Origin: Candidatus Brocadiia bacterium
GTDB taxonomy: Bacteria > Planctomycetota > Brocadiia > SM23-32
DNA: 64,000 nt
Direction of reading: 5' to 3'
Assembly (NCBI GenBank): GCA_046538485.1
Contig: JBKHIT010000013.1
Location: 26,271-90,270 of the forward strand
In this document: piece by piece, positions 11,277 to 20,884 of the stretch
Layout of the letters: every line of letters starts with the position of its first letter
Position numbering within the stretch: the first letter of the stretch is position 1
The notes under the pieces: generated by a model
What the model was told of the DNA's origin: nothing
Database searches by the model: none
The model's input: only the letters and a program-made list of their open reading frames with translations
Translations under genes and position numbers: made by a program

Positions 11277-11312
11277 GTCCCTTACGTCCCTTTTGTCCTT
11301 TAAGTCCCTTCA
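11277..11312 (+). repeat. 4 x 9-bp GTCCCTTNN tandem array
   Basis: gtcccttac gtccctttt gtcctttaa gtcccttca. Confidence 0.8.
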
Positions 11313-11383
11313 AATCACATTTTTGACGGTCCTACACCAAAAAACATCTCAACATTTGAACACCCAACAGCGGGAGAAACGTC

Positions 11384-12766
11384 ATGCCTCGACCGAACAT
11401 ACTTTACGTGATGACTGACCAGCAGCGGGCCGACGCGATGGGATGCAGTGGCGGCTGGGTGAAGACCCCCAATCTCGACCGTATTGCTTCCGAAGGCGTT
11501 CGGTTCGAGAATGCCGTCACGAATTCCCCCGTCTGCATTCCCGCCCGTGTCTCGCTGGCCACCGGTCGGTATCCGCACAATACCACCATCTGGAACAACG
11601 TCCATTTTGACATGCCGCCGGACACCCCCACCTGGATGCAGGCGGTCCGCGAGGCGGGGTACCACACCAGCGTCTTCGGGAAGACCCATCTGCACCATCA
11701 CAGCGGCGATCTACGCGACCGGGAACATCTGATTCACGCGTACGGTCTGGACGAAGTGGACGAAATTGGCGGTCCCCGGGCCAGCGCGCGTGTTGGCAGC
11801 TACATGACGGAACGATGGGATAAAAAAGGGCTGTGGGAAAAATATCAGGAGGATTACGCCGAGCGGTTCGACAATAAACCATGGGTCGTACGGCCGTCGG
11901 TGCTCCCACTGGAAGAATATGCGGATGTCTATGTTGGGCAACAGGCAAAAAAATATCTTGAGTCTTACGATCGCGATGAACCGTGGTTCTGCTGGGTGAG
12001 TTTCGGCGGTCCGCACGAACCATGGGACACCCCCGAACCCTATGCCAGCATGTATGAACCCGAGGATATGCCGCCACCGATGGACCGCGAAGAGATCCTG
12101 AAGAAAGAAAATGTCGGCGGCAATATCGGCCGCCATCTGAATCGAGCCGCGGACATACCGGCCGAAGATATCGCCGCGATGCGGGCCGATTATGCGGCCA
12201 ACGTTACGCTGATTGACGAACAGATCGGTCAAATTCTCACTGCTGTTGAGGATCGCGGCGAGCTGGAAAATACCGTCATAATTTTCTCCTCGGATCACGG
12301 CGAGATGAATGGCGATCACGGGATGATCTATAAAGGACACTTCCTGAACGGCGCGCTCCGCGTGCCGCTGCTTGTGCGGACCCCCGAAACGGCGAACGGT
12401 GACGTGGCGGGGAGCGTATCGGAGTCGCCGGTGGAATGGTTTGATATCGGTCCGACGCTGGTGGAAGCGGCGGGAGGCGAGCTGGAACATCAGCAGTTTG
12501 CCCGATCCCTATATCCCGTGCTTGAATCACCGGCCAGCGAACACAGGCAGTTTGTTGTCTCAGAAATTCACGGCGAGGTTATGATCATGGATCGCCGCTG
12601 GAAACTCATTTTCAGCGCGGACGGCGAACCATACGCGCTTTTCGACCAGATTAACGACCCGGAAGAAATTGCCAACCGCGCCGACGACCCTGAGATGAAA
12701 GAGATTGTGGACCGAATGCAGGAACAGCTCTTCCAGCACATCGTCCGGACCCAGGTCAGGCGATGA
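11384..12766 (+). CDS. Cys-type sulfatase
   Basis: PNILYVMTDQQR, CIPAR..LATG, GKTH, PHEPW, SDHGE. Confidence 0.95.
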   Translation: MPRPNILYVMTDQQRADAMGCSGGWVKTPNLDRIASEGVRFENAVTNSPVCIPARVSLATGRYPHNTTIWNNVHFDMPPDTPTWMQAVREAGYHTSVFGKTHLHHHSGDLRDREHLIHAYGLDEVDEIGGPRASARVGSYMTERWDKKGLWEKYQEDYAERFDNKPWVVRPSVLPLEEYADVYVGQQAKKYLESYDRDEPWFCWVSFGGPHEPWDTPEPYASMYEPEDMPPPMDREEILKKENVGGNIGRHLNRAADIPAEDIAAMRADYAANVTLIDEQIGQILTAVEDRGELENTVIIFSSDHGEMNGDHGMIYKGHFLNGALRVPLLVRTPETANGDVAGSVSESPVEWFDIGPTLVEAAGGELEHQQFARSLYPVLESPASEHRQFVVSEIHGEVMIMDRRWKLIFSADGEPYALFDQINDPEEIANRADDPEMKEIVDRMQEQLFQHIVRTQVRR

Positions 12767-12803
12767 GGCGTGAAATGCTTCTGAGAGAAGAAAACCAATC
12801 GCT

Positions 12804-14180
12804 ATGGCTCCCCCTAATATCCTCCTGATCACCAACGACCAGCACCGGTTTGATTTTTATGAAGGCGGTGTTATCCCGGGATTGCGAACGCCCAATATCT
12901 CCAGGCTCAGGGCTGAGGGGACGACTCTGTCGAATTATTTCAGTTCCTGCCCGCTCTGTGTTCCGACCCGTTTCACATGGCTTTACGGACTTCGGGCAAG
13001 CCAGGGCAACGGGGCATGGGGCGATTTTGACGGTCGTTGGCCCGTGCACCTGCGCAGCATGGCCCACGTGCTGCAACACTCCGGCTACCACACGGCTCTT
13101 ATAGGGAAACTTCATTCCCACAGCGGCCTTCCCAGCATCGACCTGGCGGATATCAAAGAAGAATCTCTCGGCCGCGGATTCGATGAGATCACAGAGATGG
13201 CCGGGAAATCGCTGGTTCAATACTTCGATTGTAATTACACCCGATACCTGGCCGACAAAGGCCTTCTCAAAGAGTATCTGAGCCGTTTGGAAGAAAGAGG
13301 GGCAGGACACTGCGAGCCCCTCCCGTTTGACGAGGAAGACAGCATGGATGCCGTGATCGGACGGCGCGTTCGGCGATGGTTGTCTGAATACGACTTAGAG
13401 AACCCCTTCTTCCTTCATGCCTCGTTTTGCAATCCCCATTTTCCTTACGATCCGGTGCCAGAATATGCGGAACGGTATAAACCCGAGGATATGCCTCCGC
13501 CGGTCGGCGTCGACGACCCGGAGAAGATCCAGGCCCATAAACTGGCTCGGGCCCGCTACTGCGGTCTGATCGAACAGGACGATGAAGAAATTGGCCGACT
13601 CCTCCAGGTCCTTGATGATCGCGGGATCACCGAAGAAACGGTCGTGATTTTTGGCGCCGATCATGGCGACATGATGGGGTACCGGGACCGACGCGGCAAA
13701 CACGAACCATACGATCCCTCGGCGCGGACACCCGTTGTTGTGCGATTCCCGGGCGTGGTGCCCGCCGGGCACGTTTTGACGGGGCCCGCTGAATCGATTG
13801 ATATACCGTGTTCGATTCTTGAAGCGACGGGACTGGATAATGTTCCCGGGGACCTGCTTCCGACATCGCCGGGGCGATCGTGGTGGGATTACGTCCGCGG
13901 TGAATGCGACGACCACCGACGGTGGGCCTACTCCGAGATGGGGCCCTGGAAGATGGTCTGCGACGAAGAATGGAAATATATTCATCGTTCGCAAGAAAAA
14001 AACGAACTTTACCACCGCGCGGAGGATCCGCACGAACTGAATAATCTCATCGACTCTCCCGAATACCGGGACCGCGTTTCAAGAATGCAGGGCTGGATCA
14101 TTGAATCAATGTCAGAAAACATCGCACCGCCTTCACAAGATCTGGCGGGTGTGAATCCTTTTTCACAGGTCGAAACATGA
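12804..14180 (+). CDS. Cys-type sulfatase
   Basis: PNILLITNDQHR, CVPTR, GKLH, PHFPY, ADHGD. Confidence 0.93.
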   Translation: MAPPNILLITNDQHRFDFYEGGVIPGLRTPNISRLRAEGTTLSNYFSSCPLCVPTRFTWLYGLRASQGNGAWGDFDGRWPVHLRSMAHVLQHSGYHTALIGKLHSHSGLPSIDLADIKEESLGRGFDEITEMAGKSLVQYFDCNYTRYLADKGLLKEYLSRLEERGAGHCEPLPFDEEDSMDAVIGRRVRRWLSEYDLENPFFLHASFCNPHFPYDPVPEYAERYKPEDMPPPVGVDDPEKIQAHKLARARYCGLIEQDDEEIGRLLQVLDDRGITEETVVIFGADHGDMMGYRDRRGKHEPYDPSARTPVVVRFPGVVPAGHVLTGPAESIDIPCSILEATGLDNVPGDLLPTSPGRSWWDYVRGECDDHRRWAYSEMGPWKMVCDEEWKYIHRSQEKNELYHRAEDPHELNNLIDSPEYRDRVSRMQGWIIESMSENIAPPSQDLAGVNPFSQVET

Positions 14181-15760
14181 GCGAACAATACCGCCTCGTT
14201 ACGGATGTGTCGTCGGGCCAGGAACGTCTCCTTTACGTCACCCTGCAGGGTATCGTAAACCGTGAACAACCGCGTCTGTACCTGCTCGGCGAGCAAGAGA
14301 CCGACGGACACTGGGTCGATTGGTACGAGAAATATGGTCTTGAACCGCAGAAGAGCCCTCTGGACGATGTTCTTGAAGAATTTCTTCCCGAGACGGACGG
14401 CGCGTACGTCCTGGGCCAACAAAACATCGATTGGGAGGTGCCCCTGGCGGTGACGCTGGCCGGGCTCCATGATCGCTTGATCATCACGCCGGAACAGGTC
14501 GATCTGGTCGAAAAGCACGGCGGCAATGTCGAGCCACTACCGGTCCCTGAATTTCAGACGCGTATCGAGGCCATGGCCTGGGCGTTCAGTCACCTGCGCC
14601 CCGATACCAATCCCAATCTGCTGCACTCCAACGCCTGGCCCCGCCAGACCCACAACATCGATATAACGGACTGGATTGTGGCCAAACGCGGATTCAGTTT
14701 CCGTCTGACCACCCATCCCGTCTCGGATCCGGGCGAGCGTGAACTGCTGGGGGAGATTTACGATAACAGCCCGATGTACAGCCATGTCCTCGGCTGGCAT
14801 CTGGCCGATGGTGAGACATCGATCGTGCAGTATGCTTCCGAATATGGGCTGGTACCGTTCTGCATGACGCGAAATCTTAACTTCTCGTTCCATCAGCATG
14901 TGGAGGCGCGGGGCAATTTCCAGCAGACCGCTGCATCTGATCCGCCGCCGCTGGAGAAGGACCGGTGTTACCTTACGTTCGTGTTCTCGGACGGTGACGC
15001 GCCACACTCGATGGTAGACCTTCAGAAACGCCAGTGGAAAAAACCAGAGCGTGGGAACTTCCCCTTCGGATGGGCTATCCCGCCGCAGATGTTAACGTTC
15101 GGTCCCGCCATGCTGGAATATTTCTACGAAACGCTGACCGACCGGGACGAATTGCTCTGCGGACCGTCGGGGCTTGGTTACAACTACCTGTCATGCTGGG
15201 CGACGCGGCGGAGCGATGTCGACGATGCCCGCGCATCCCGCATCGAGTATCTGGAACGCACTAATGACCTGATGGAAAAACTGGATCTACACGGGATGTG
15301 GCCTATCAATCGGATTATCGACTGGCTTCCCGACGGGCGCATGTTGCGGAGGATTGCCGGAGAGGACGTCTGGGCGATCAACGCCGACAAAGAACCGGGC
15401 ACCTACGGTGTCGATTTCATGGACGATGGTGTGATCCGCGACTATTGCACTTACGTGTCGGCCAGCCGAGGATTCTTCCAGGGCTGGCACAATATCCCAC
15501 ACGAACTTGAGCGGGTGTTCGAGGGGCGCCCGTATTTCCCCGGGAAAGTGCTGGCGGCTGAACCTGAACAGACAGTGCGCGACATCCAGAAACACAGGGC
15601 GCTTGAGGGGACTCCCTGTTTTATCCCCGTTCATGTGAACTGCTACTCGATGGGGCTGGCGGGGGTGGAGGACACAATCGAAAGACTGGGTCGAGAGCGT
15701 TTCACGGTGGTCCTCCCCTCGGCGTTCCTTGAGCTGAAGAGGAGACAGGCAAGGGGGTGA
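14177..15760 (+). CDS. GxGYxYP-family putative glycoside hydrolase
   Basis: TLQGIVNREQPRLY N-terminal motif, FVFSDGD, GPSGLGYNY. ATGA overlap with the upstream sulfatase. Confidence 0.8.
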   Translation: MSEQYRLVTDVSSGQERLLYVTLQGIVNREQPRLYLLGEQETDGHWVDWYEKYGLEPQKSPLDDVLEEFLPETDGAYVLGQQNIDWEVPLAVTLAGLHDRLIITPEQVDLVEKHGGNVEPLPVPEFQTRIEAMAWAFSHLRPDTNPNLLHSNAWPRQTHNIDITDWIVAKRGFSFRLTTHPVSDPGERELLGEIYDNSPMYSHVLGWHLADGETSIVQYASEYGLVPFCMTRNLNFSFHQHVEARGNFQQTAASDPPPLEKDRCYLTFVFSDGDAPHSMVDLQKRQWKKPERGNFPFGWAIPPQMLTFGPAMLEYFYETLTDRDELLCGPSGLGYNYLSCWATRRSDVDDARASRIEYLERTNDLMEKLDLHGMWPINRIIDWLPDGRMLRRIAGEDVWAINADKEPGTYGVDFMDDGVIRDYCTYVSASRGFFQGWHNIPHELERVFEGRPYFPGKVLAAEPEQTVRDIQKHRALEGTPCFIPVHVNCYSMGLAGVEDTIERLGRERFTVVLPSAFLELKRRQARG

Positions 15761-15824
15761 GATCGATATATGGAATCTGCACGTCCAACTCTCAGTAAGA
15801 AACGAGGTCTCTTCAAGATTTGCG

Positions 15825-15853
15825 TTGAAACCTCCCCTCGCATTTGGTAGAAT
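15825..15853 (+). promoter_or_regulatory. Sigma70-type promoter
   Basis: TTGAAA-N17-TAGAAT. Confidence 0.6.
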
Positions 15854-15906
15854 ATTAATAGTATATACTCCATGCTATGTGCCGTGGTGAACCACAGGTG
15901 TATTGA

Positions 15907-16995
15907 TTGTCGAAATCACCGCTATCGGGAGCAAAAAGGTTGGATAAGATCGTTGAGTGGTTTGGCGAACGGACGCTGAAAGATCGTCGGAAAAAGATCG
16001 ATGCGTTCTGGGAGGGCGACAGGCAATGCATCGTGACTGTTCATTCCACGGAAGCCCATTACCGCCAGAATCAAAACGATGACGAAGTGCTTGAGCTGGC
16101 GCCTCAGAACCTGAAAGCTCAGTCCGAGCTGCCGGGATGCAATATGCCGACATTCTTTGCGGATTTCGGCCCGATAAGCACGGCGAAATACTGGGGCGGT
16201 GAGATGTCCTACGATGAAGAATCGGAAAACATCTACATTGAACCGGCCGCCGAGAGCGTGGAGGGAGCGCTGGAGCTGGAACGACGTCCCGTGGATGATC
16301 CACAGCTGGATGCAGCCCGCGGCGTGCGGCTTTATCGCCAGCTCTGCGATCGGCTGGATACCGATAATCTATGGCTGCGGATGCCTGACACCCAGGGCCC
16401 CTTGAACACCGCCGGGCTGGTCGTGAACCAGACTGAGCTGCTCATGGCCACACGCACCGAGCCTGAAAACGTCCATCGGCTCCTCGATCAAATCACTGAT
16501 TTTCTGATCGACTACGTGAGGTATTGTTTTGAAGGAGCCGACGGGCAGGTCTGCGGTTTCATCTGGCCATACACGTTCTTCCCCGCCGAGCTCGGTCTCT
16601 CGCTCACTGAAGACCTGATGCCGCTCCTCTCGGAGGCCAGTTACCGCGAGTTCGGCCTTCCGTGCCTGCGGCGATTGGCTGAGGAATTCGGAGGACTCCA
16701 CATCCATTGTTGCGGTCAGTGGGGGCAACACGCCGAGACGTTGGCCCAGAGCGAACTCCCGATTCGAGCCGTGGAATATCATTATCCTTTCACCGAAATC
16801 AAAGAACTTGTCCCTCTGGCGCCGGACGCGGCATTTGTCCCCTACATCAGCGTCGATCAACAGGACGAATACGACAGTCAGGCCGAATACTATGAACATC
16901 TCCTGTCTGATATGGACCAGGACTACCGCTTCTGGTTCGCTTTCGGCGACGATAGCGAAGAAGCCATTAATTTCGCCGAAGCTCACGGATTTTGA
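15907..16995 (+). CDS. Uroporphyrinogen decarboxylase (URO-D)/MtaA-like superfamily protein
   Basis: DTQGPLNTA, SEASYREFGLP, LHIHCCG Zn-binding-type motif. TTG start. Confidence 0.8.
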   Translation: MSKSPLSGAKRLDKIVEWFGERTLKDRRKKIDAFWEGDRQCIVTVHSTEAHYRQNQNDDEVLELAPQNLKAQSELPGCNMPTFFADFGPISTAKYWGGEMSYDEESENIYIEPAAESVEGALELERRPVDDPQLDAARGVRLYRQLCDRLDTDNLWLRMPDTQGPLNTAGLVVNQTELLMATRTEPENVHRLLDQITDFLIDYVRYCFEGADGQVCGFIWPYTFFPAELGLSLTEDLMPLLSEASYREFGLPCLRRLAEEFGGLHIHCCGQWGQHAETLAQSELPIRAVEYHYPFTEIKELVPLAPDAAFVPYISVDQQDEYDSQAEYYEHLLSDMDQDYRFWFAFGDDSEEAINFAEAHGF

Positions 16996-17085
16996 GGCTC
17001 CCAATGACCCCCGAAGAAAACCACAACGCGGCTGCATCATCGCCTGAATACGCCAGTTCCACAAGGAGAACCCCCAAAATCAGTA

Positions 17086-17121
17086 GTCCATTTTGTCCCT
17101 TAAGCCCCTTACGTCCCTGTG
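17086..17121 (+). repeat. 4 x 9-bp GTCCCTTNN tandem array
   Basis: gtccatttt gtcccttaa gccccttac gtccctgtg. Confidence 0.75.
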
Positions 17122-17171
17122 AAACCAACCGCCCAAAATACAATCTTCATCACCCAACTGAGGAGCAACTC

Positions 17172-20100
17172 ATGAAAAAACTGCTGATGATATCTGCGGT
17201 TCTATTAAGTCTATTGGTGGTCCATGCCATCCACGCTGAGGTGCCCGTAGCCAGGGAGGGAAAAGCCAATGCGCGTATCGTCCACAACGGCCATGAAAAG
17301 GAGGCCAAAACACTTCAGAAATATTTGAAAAAGATCACGGGCGCCGAGCTTCCGCTGGCGGCGACGGCCGAGGCGGCGCCGGAAGGGCTCGCCGCGGTCG
17401 AGCTCCGTGTGGTGGACAGGCTTCCCGGCGCCAGCGACAAGCGCACGGCCGAGCACGCCTACCGTCTGAAGAGCGACGAGAACCGCCTGCTCATCACCGC
17501 GCAAAGCGAACTCGGGCTTGACTATGCCGTCTACGGCTTGCTGCAGGATCATCTCGGGGTGGGCTTCTACTCCGGCACCTACGAGCACATCCCCGAGGAT
17601 CCGAACCTCACCATCCCGGCGCTCGACACGCTTGCGGAACCGGCGTTCTACCACCGCAATCCGATGTTCTTTTCGTGGAAGTCGGGCGAGTCCGAGAAGC
17701 GATTCGCCCTCCGCAACCGGATGTTTCCCGTCGACGGACAGCCCCACAACGCAGGCCACACCTTCCGGAAATACGGCATCCACAAAAACTGCCCGCTCGA
17801 TGAGGAATTCCATAAACAGCTCGGCGAGATGTTCAAGAAACAATTCGCCAAACGCGATGCAGACGGCGCACCGCTTCCGGTTGGCCAGATGGACGGACCG
17901 TACAAGCTGGGTTGCGAGGGCTGCGACAAATGCCAGAACCTGATCGACGAAGAAGGCTCCTACGCTGCGCCCATGCTGATCATGCTCAATGCCGCGCTCG
18001 ACTACGCGTCCGAAGAGTATCCCGAGCACGAAGTCATGACCTTCGCCTACTGGAACACCCTGCCCGTGCCGAAGACCATCCGCCCGCACAAAAACCTCTG
18101 GATACAGATCGTTTCCAGCGACGCCAGCCTCAACCAGGGCGGCGATCATCTCGGCGAGATCGCTGGCAACCCGGCCAACCGCCTCTACGAGCACGCCGTT
18201 CGCGAGTGGCCCAGGGCCCACCCCACCGGCAAGGTCACGACCTGGCACTGGGCGACCGGCGGCGGCGAGTACGAATGGCCCAACCTCTATGATTTCATCG
18301 AGGATCTGCGCTTCTTCGGGGAGCAAGGCATTGTGGGCGCCCAGACGCAGGGCAGTTCCCTCCACACTGGCAACTGGAGCGAGCTCAAGTACTGGGTCTG
18401 GGAACAGATCAAGTGGAACCCGGACCAGGACGAGGACGCGCTGATCGATCGCTTCCTGCGCGAGTATTACGGCGAAAAAGCCGCACCACACCTGCGCGAT
18501 TACTTGAAGACGGCCGAGCGGCTCCAACAGGAGAGCGGCTACCGGGCGCCCGGCGGGCTTATTCGCTGGAGCGCGTGGAATGTGAACCAGCGCCGCAAGT
18601 TCCTCCACCTTGAGACGACCGAGCAACTGGCGGCGCTTCTGCAAAAGGCACACGAAGCGGCAGCGCAATCGGACAACCCTGTTTACAAAAAAAACCTGGA
18701 CGATGCCAGCGCTCGGTCGCTGGACCCGGTGATCATCGACGCGGTCCGCGAAGCGGAAGGTTTCGCCCGCGTGAACCACCCCGAGACCGGCGAGCCGTGG
18801 TACGTACCCGGCGGCCGTGCGGACATGCCCCGGCGGATTCAGCGCTCGATGCCGGACGACCGCCGCAAGGAAGACTGGTTCAAGCGCCGCGCCGGCGGAC
18901 GGATTTATGAAGTGCAGGTCGGCGATTTGCGCGCCGATGTCGTACCCAACTATCGCGGGCGCATCGTGAGCCTCGTGCACGAGCCGACGGGCAAGGAGCT
19001 TCTGGCCGGCGACGGCTACAGCGACATGCTCGGCGCGCGCAACCATATCCAGCGTGTGCAGGAAAACGACGCGAGACATGTGCGCACGGACGTGCTCTTC
19101 GGCGGCGGGTTCTACGCGTGGGGCCGCCCCGACAAGATGCTCCGCGACATCACCGGCGAAGAAAACGGACTGACCGTGAGCCGGCGGTTCACCGGGAAAA
19201 AAACCAGGGCCAATGGTCAGTGGGAGTTCCGCCTGCCCAATCCCGCGGCAGCGCGCGTGCATGTTAAAGGCGGCGGCATTGACAAGAGCTACGAGGGCTC
19301 GGAGTTGCTGTATCGCACCAAAGCGATCAAGCACGAGCTCAAAGCCGCGGCCGACGAGGCCGGCAAAAACGGCATGCTAACCGTCACGGTCGATCGCGGC
19401 GACGGCATTGTGATCGAGTTGCGCACACCCGCGGCCGGCTGGAAAAACGTGCAGTTTCTGCCCGACCTGGTCAGTCGATCCGAGCAGTTCGACATGAGTC
19501 AGCACAAGATGGACCCGCAGATCACACCCGAAGGGGAAATGCAGCTCAGTACCGCGGGGCGTTTTGACTGGCGTCGCCGGCCGAACTGGCCCGGGGATTA
19601 CGACGTCTGGCCGCGCGACCCCGCGGCGATGGTGCGCGTGTTCCTGCGCTATAACGGCGTGATGGACAAGGAAGAGAAGACGCTGCCGGAACAGCACCTT
19701 GCCGTGCGCACGGATGGCGAAAAGCGTGAGGTCGATACCGAGGAGGCCCTGGCCGCCGCGGGCGGCGATGAGGAGCCCGTCGGGCGGGCACCGAAGCCGC
19801 TGAAGATCATCGGTGACGGCCGGGCGATCAACCCCCACGACGGCGCCGAGCTCGTCTGGGTCCCCGCCGGAACATTCACCCGAGGCAGCGATCGCTACCG
19901 CGACGAGCAGCCCGTCCGCCAGATCGAGCTTGACGGTTACTGGATCTACAAGAACCAGGTCACGGTTGAGCGATACAAGAAGTTCCTCGAAGCCACCGGC
20001 CGTGACGCCAGGATCAAGATCCCCGGCTTCCCCTACGTTATCCAGCCGCCGGTGAAAGAGAATAAGGGGCTTTATCCGGCGCTGGCCAACTGGTACGACG

Positions 20101-20564
20101 CCGCGGCCTACGCCGCGTGGGCCGGCGGGTCGCTGCCCACAGAGGCGCAGTGGGAGAAGGCCGCCCGCGGCACCGACGCCCGCAAATACCCCTGGGGCGG
20201 TAAGTGGGACGTGGACAAGGTCGCCCGCCAACCGTGGGAGCAGTACGTCCTCGAGCGCGGCCTGGCGCACGTCGGCTCAGCACCCGAGGGCGCCAGCCCC
20301 TACGGCGCGCTCGACATGGCCGGCAACGCCTGGGAGTGGGTCGCCGACTGGTACGCCCCGACGCGGTACGAAAACGCCGCGGCCAAAAATCCGACTGGCC
20401 CCGACTCGGGCACGTTCAAAATCCTCCGCGGCGGCAACGTCCTCTGGGACCACCGCCACGCCACCACCACCTTCCGCTTCCCCCAGCCGCCGTGGACCAC
20501 CAACTGGGTGCAGACCGGTTTCCGTTTGGTGATCGACGCGAATGCGAACGGGAAATTGCGGTGA
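17172..20564 (+). CDS. Secreted DUF4838-like protein with C-terminal FGE-sulfatase (SUMF1/EgtB/PvdO-like) domain
   Basis: AGGAG RBS and signal peptide at 17172. CEGCDKC, TFAYWNT and YYG..A motifs are typical of DUF4838. C-terminal LPTEAQWEKAARG, DMAGNAWEWVADWY, RGG, GFR. Confidence 0.8.
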   Translation: MKKLLMISAVLLSLLVVHAIHAEVPVAREGKANARIVHNGHEKEAKTLQKYLKKITGAELPLAATAEAAPEGLAAVELRVVDRLPGASDKRTAEHAYRLKSDENRLLITAQSELGLDYAVYGLLQDHLGVGFYSGTYEHIPEDPNLTIPALDTLAEPAFYHRNPMFFSWKSGESEKRFALRNRMFPVDGQPHNAGHTFRKYGIHKNCPLDEEFHKQLGEMFKKQFAKRDADGAPLPVGQMDGPYKLGCEGCDKCQNLIDEEGSYAAPMLIMLNAALDYASEEYPEHEVMTFAYWNTLPVPKTIRPHKNLWIQIVSSDASLNQGGDHLGEIAGNPANRLYEHAVREWPRAHPTGKVTTWHWATGGGEYEWPNLYDFIEDLRFFGEQGIVGAQTQGSSLHTGNWSELKYWVWEQIKWNPDQDEDALIDRFLREYYGEKAAPHLRDYLKTAERLQQESGYRAPGGLIRWSAWNVNQRRKFLHLETTEQLAALLQKAHEAAAQSDNPVYKKNLDDASARSLDPVIIDAVREAEGFARVNHPETGEPWYVPGGRADMPRRIQRSMPDDRRKEDWFKRRAGGRIYEVQVGDLRADVVPNYRGRIVSLVHEPTGKELLAGDGYSDMLGARNHIQRVQENDARHVRTDVLFGGGFYAWGRPDKMLRDITGEENGLTVSRRFTGKKTRANGQWEFRLPNPAAARVHVKGGGIDKSYEGSELLYRTKAIKHELKAAADEAGKNGMLTVTVDRGDGIVIELRTPAAGWKNVQFLPDLVSRSEQFDMSQHKMDPQITPEGEMQLSTAGRFDWRRRPNWPGDYDVWPRDPAAMVRVFLRYNGVMDKEEKTLPEQHLAVRTDGEKREVDTEEALAAAGGDEEPVGRAPKPLKIIGDGRAINPHDGAELVWVPAGTFTRGSDRYRDEQPVRQIELDGYWIYKNQVTVERYKKFLEATGRDARIKIPGFPYVIQPPVKENKGLYPALANWYDAAAYAAWAGGSLPTEAQWEKAARGTDARKYPWGGKWDVDKVARQPWEQYVLERGLAHVGSAPEGASPYGALDMAGNAWEWVADWYAPTRYENAAAKNPTGPDSGTFKILRGGNVLWDHRHATTTFRFPQPPWTTNWVQTGFRLVIDANANGKLR

Positions 20565-20884
20565 GTTGGGAGACTGTGGCTTATGCCTGAAGGGCGGGAA
20601 ATGGTATAAGAGACTCCTGGAATCTCAGGCCGGGGGCAGCACTGAAAGTCCTGTGGGACTCTTCAGTTTATTTTGTCCCTTTTGGCTTCATAGTTTTCTT
20701 ATGTTGCGGCCGGGAAATACCACGGGCATCGGGAGCTCCGTGGTCTGGTTCCGTGATCCATCGTCTGGGTGAGGCAGATACCTTCTTTCAGTGGAAGGGG
20801 CAAAACCTTATAATCTTGCTCTAATCGATGTGCTGATGTTTAGTTTGGATTCCGGATTATCCAGGACATAAAGGATTGTCTTTA

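Noticed and set aside
16992..17171. N-terminal extensions in the ORF track (also 47549-47737, 50897-51022, 51648-51875, 52768-52896, 43054-43350)
   Set aside because: Downstream starts have better support (RBS, stop-start overlap or family-typical N-termini). The extensions run through repeats, intergenic DNA or neighbouring genes.
20420..20564. DGR variable region in the C-type-lectin-like FGE domain
   Set aside because: No template repeat or reverse transcriptase was seen in the window.
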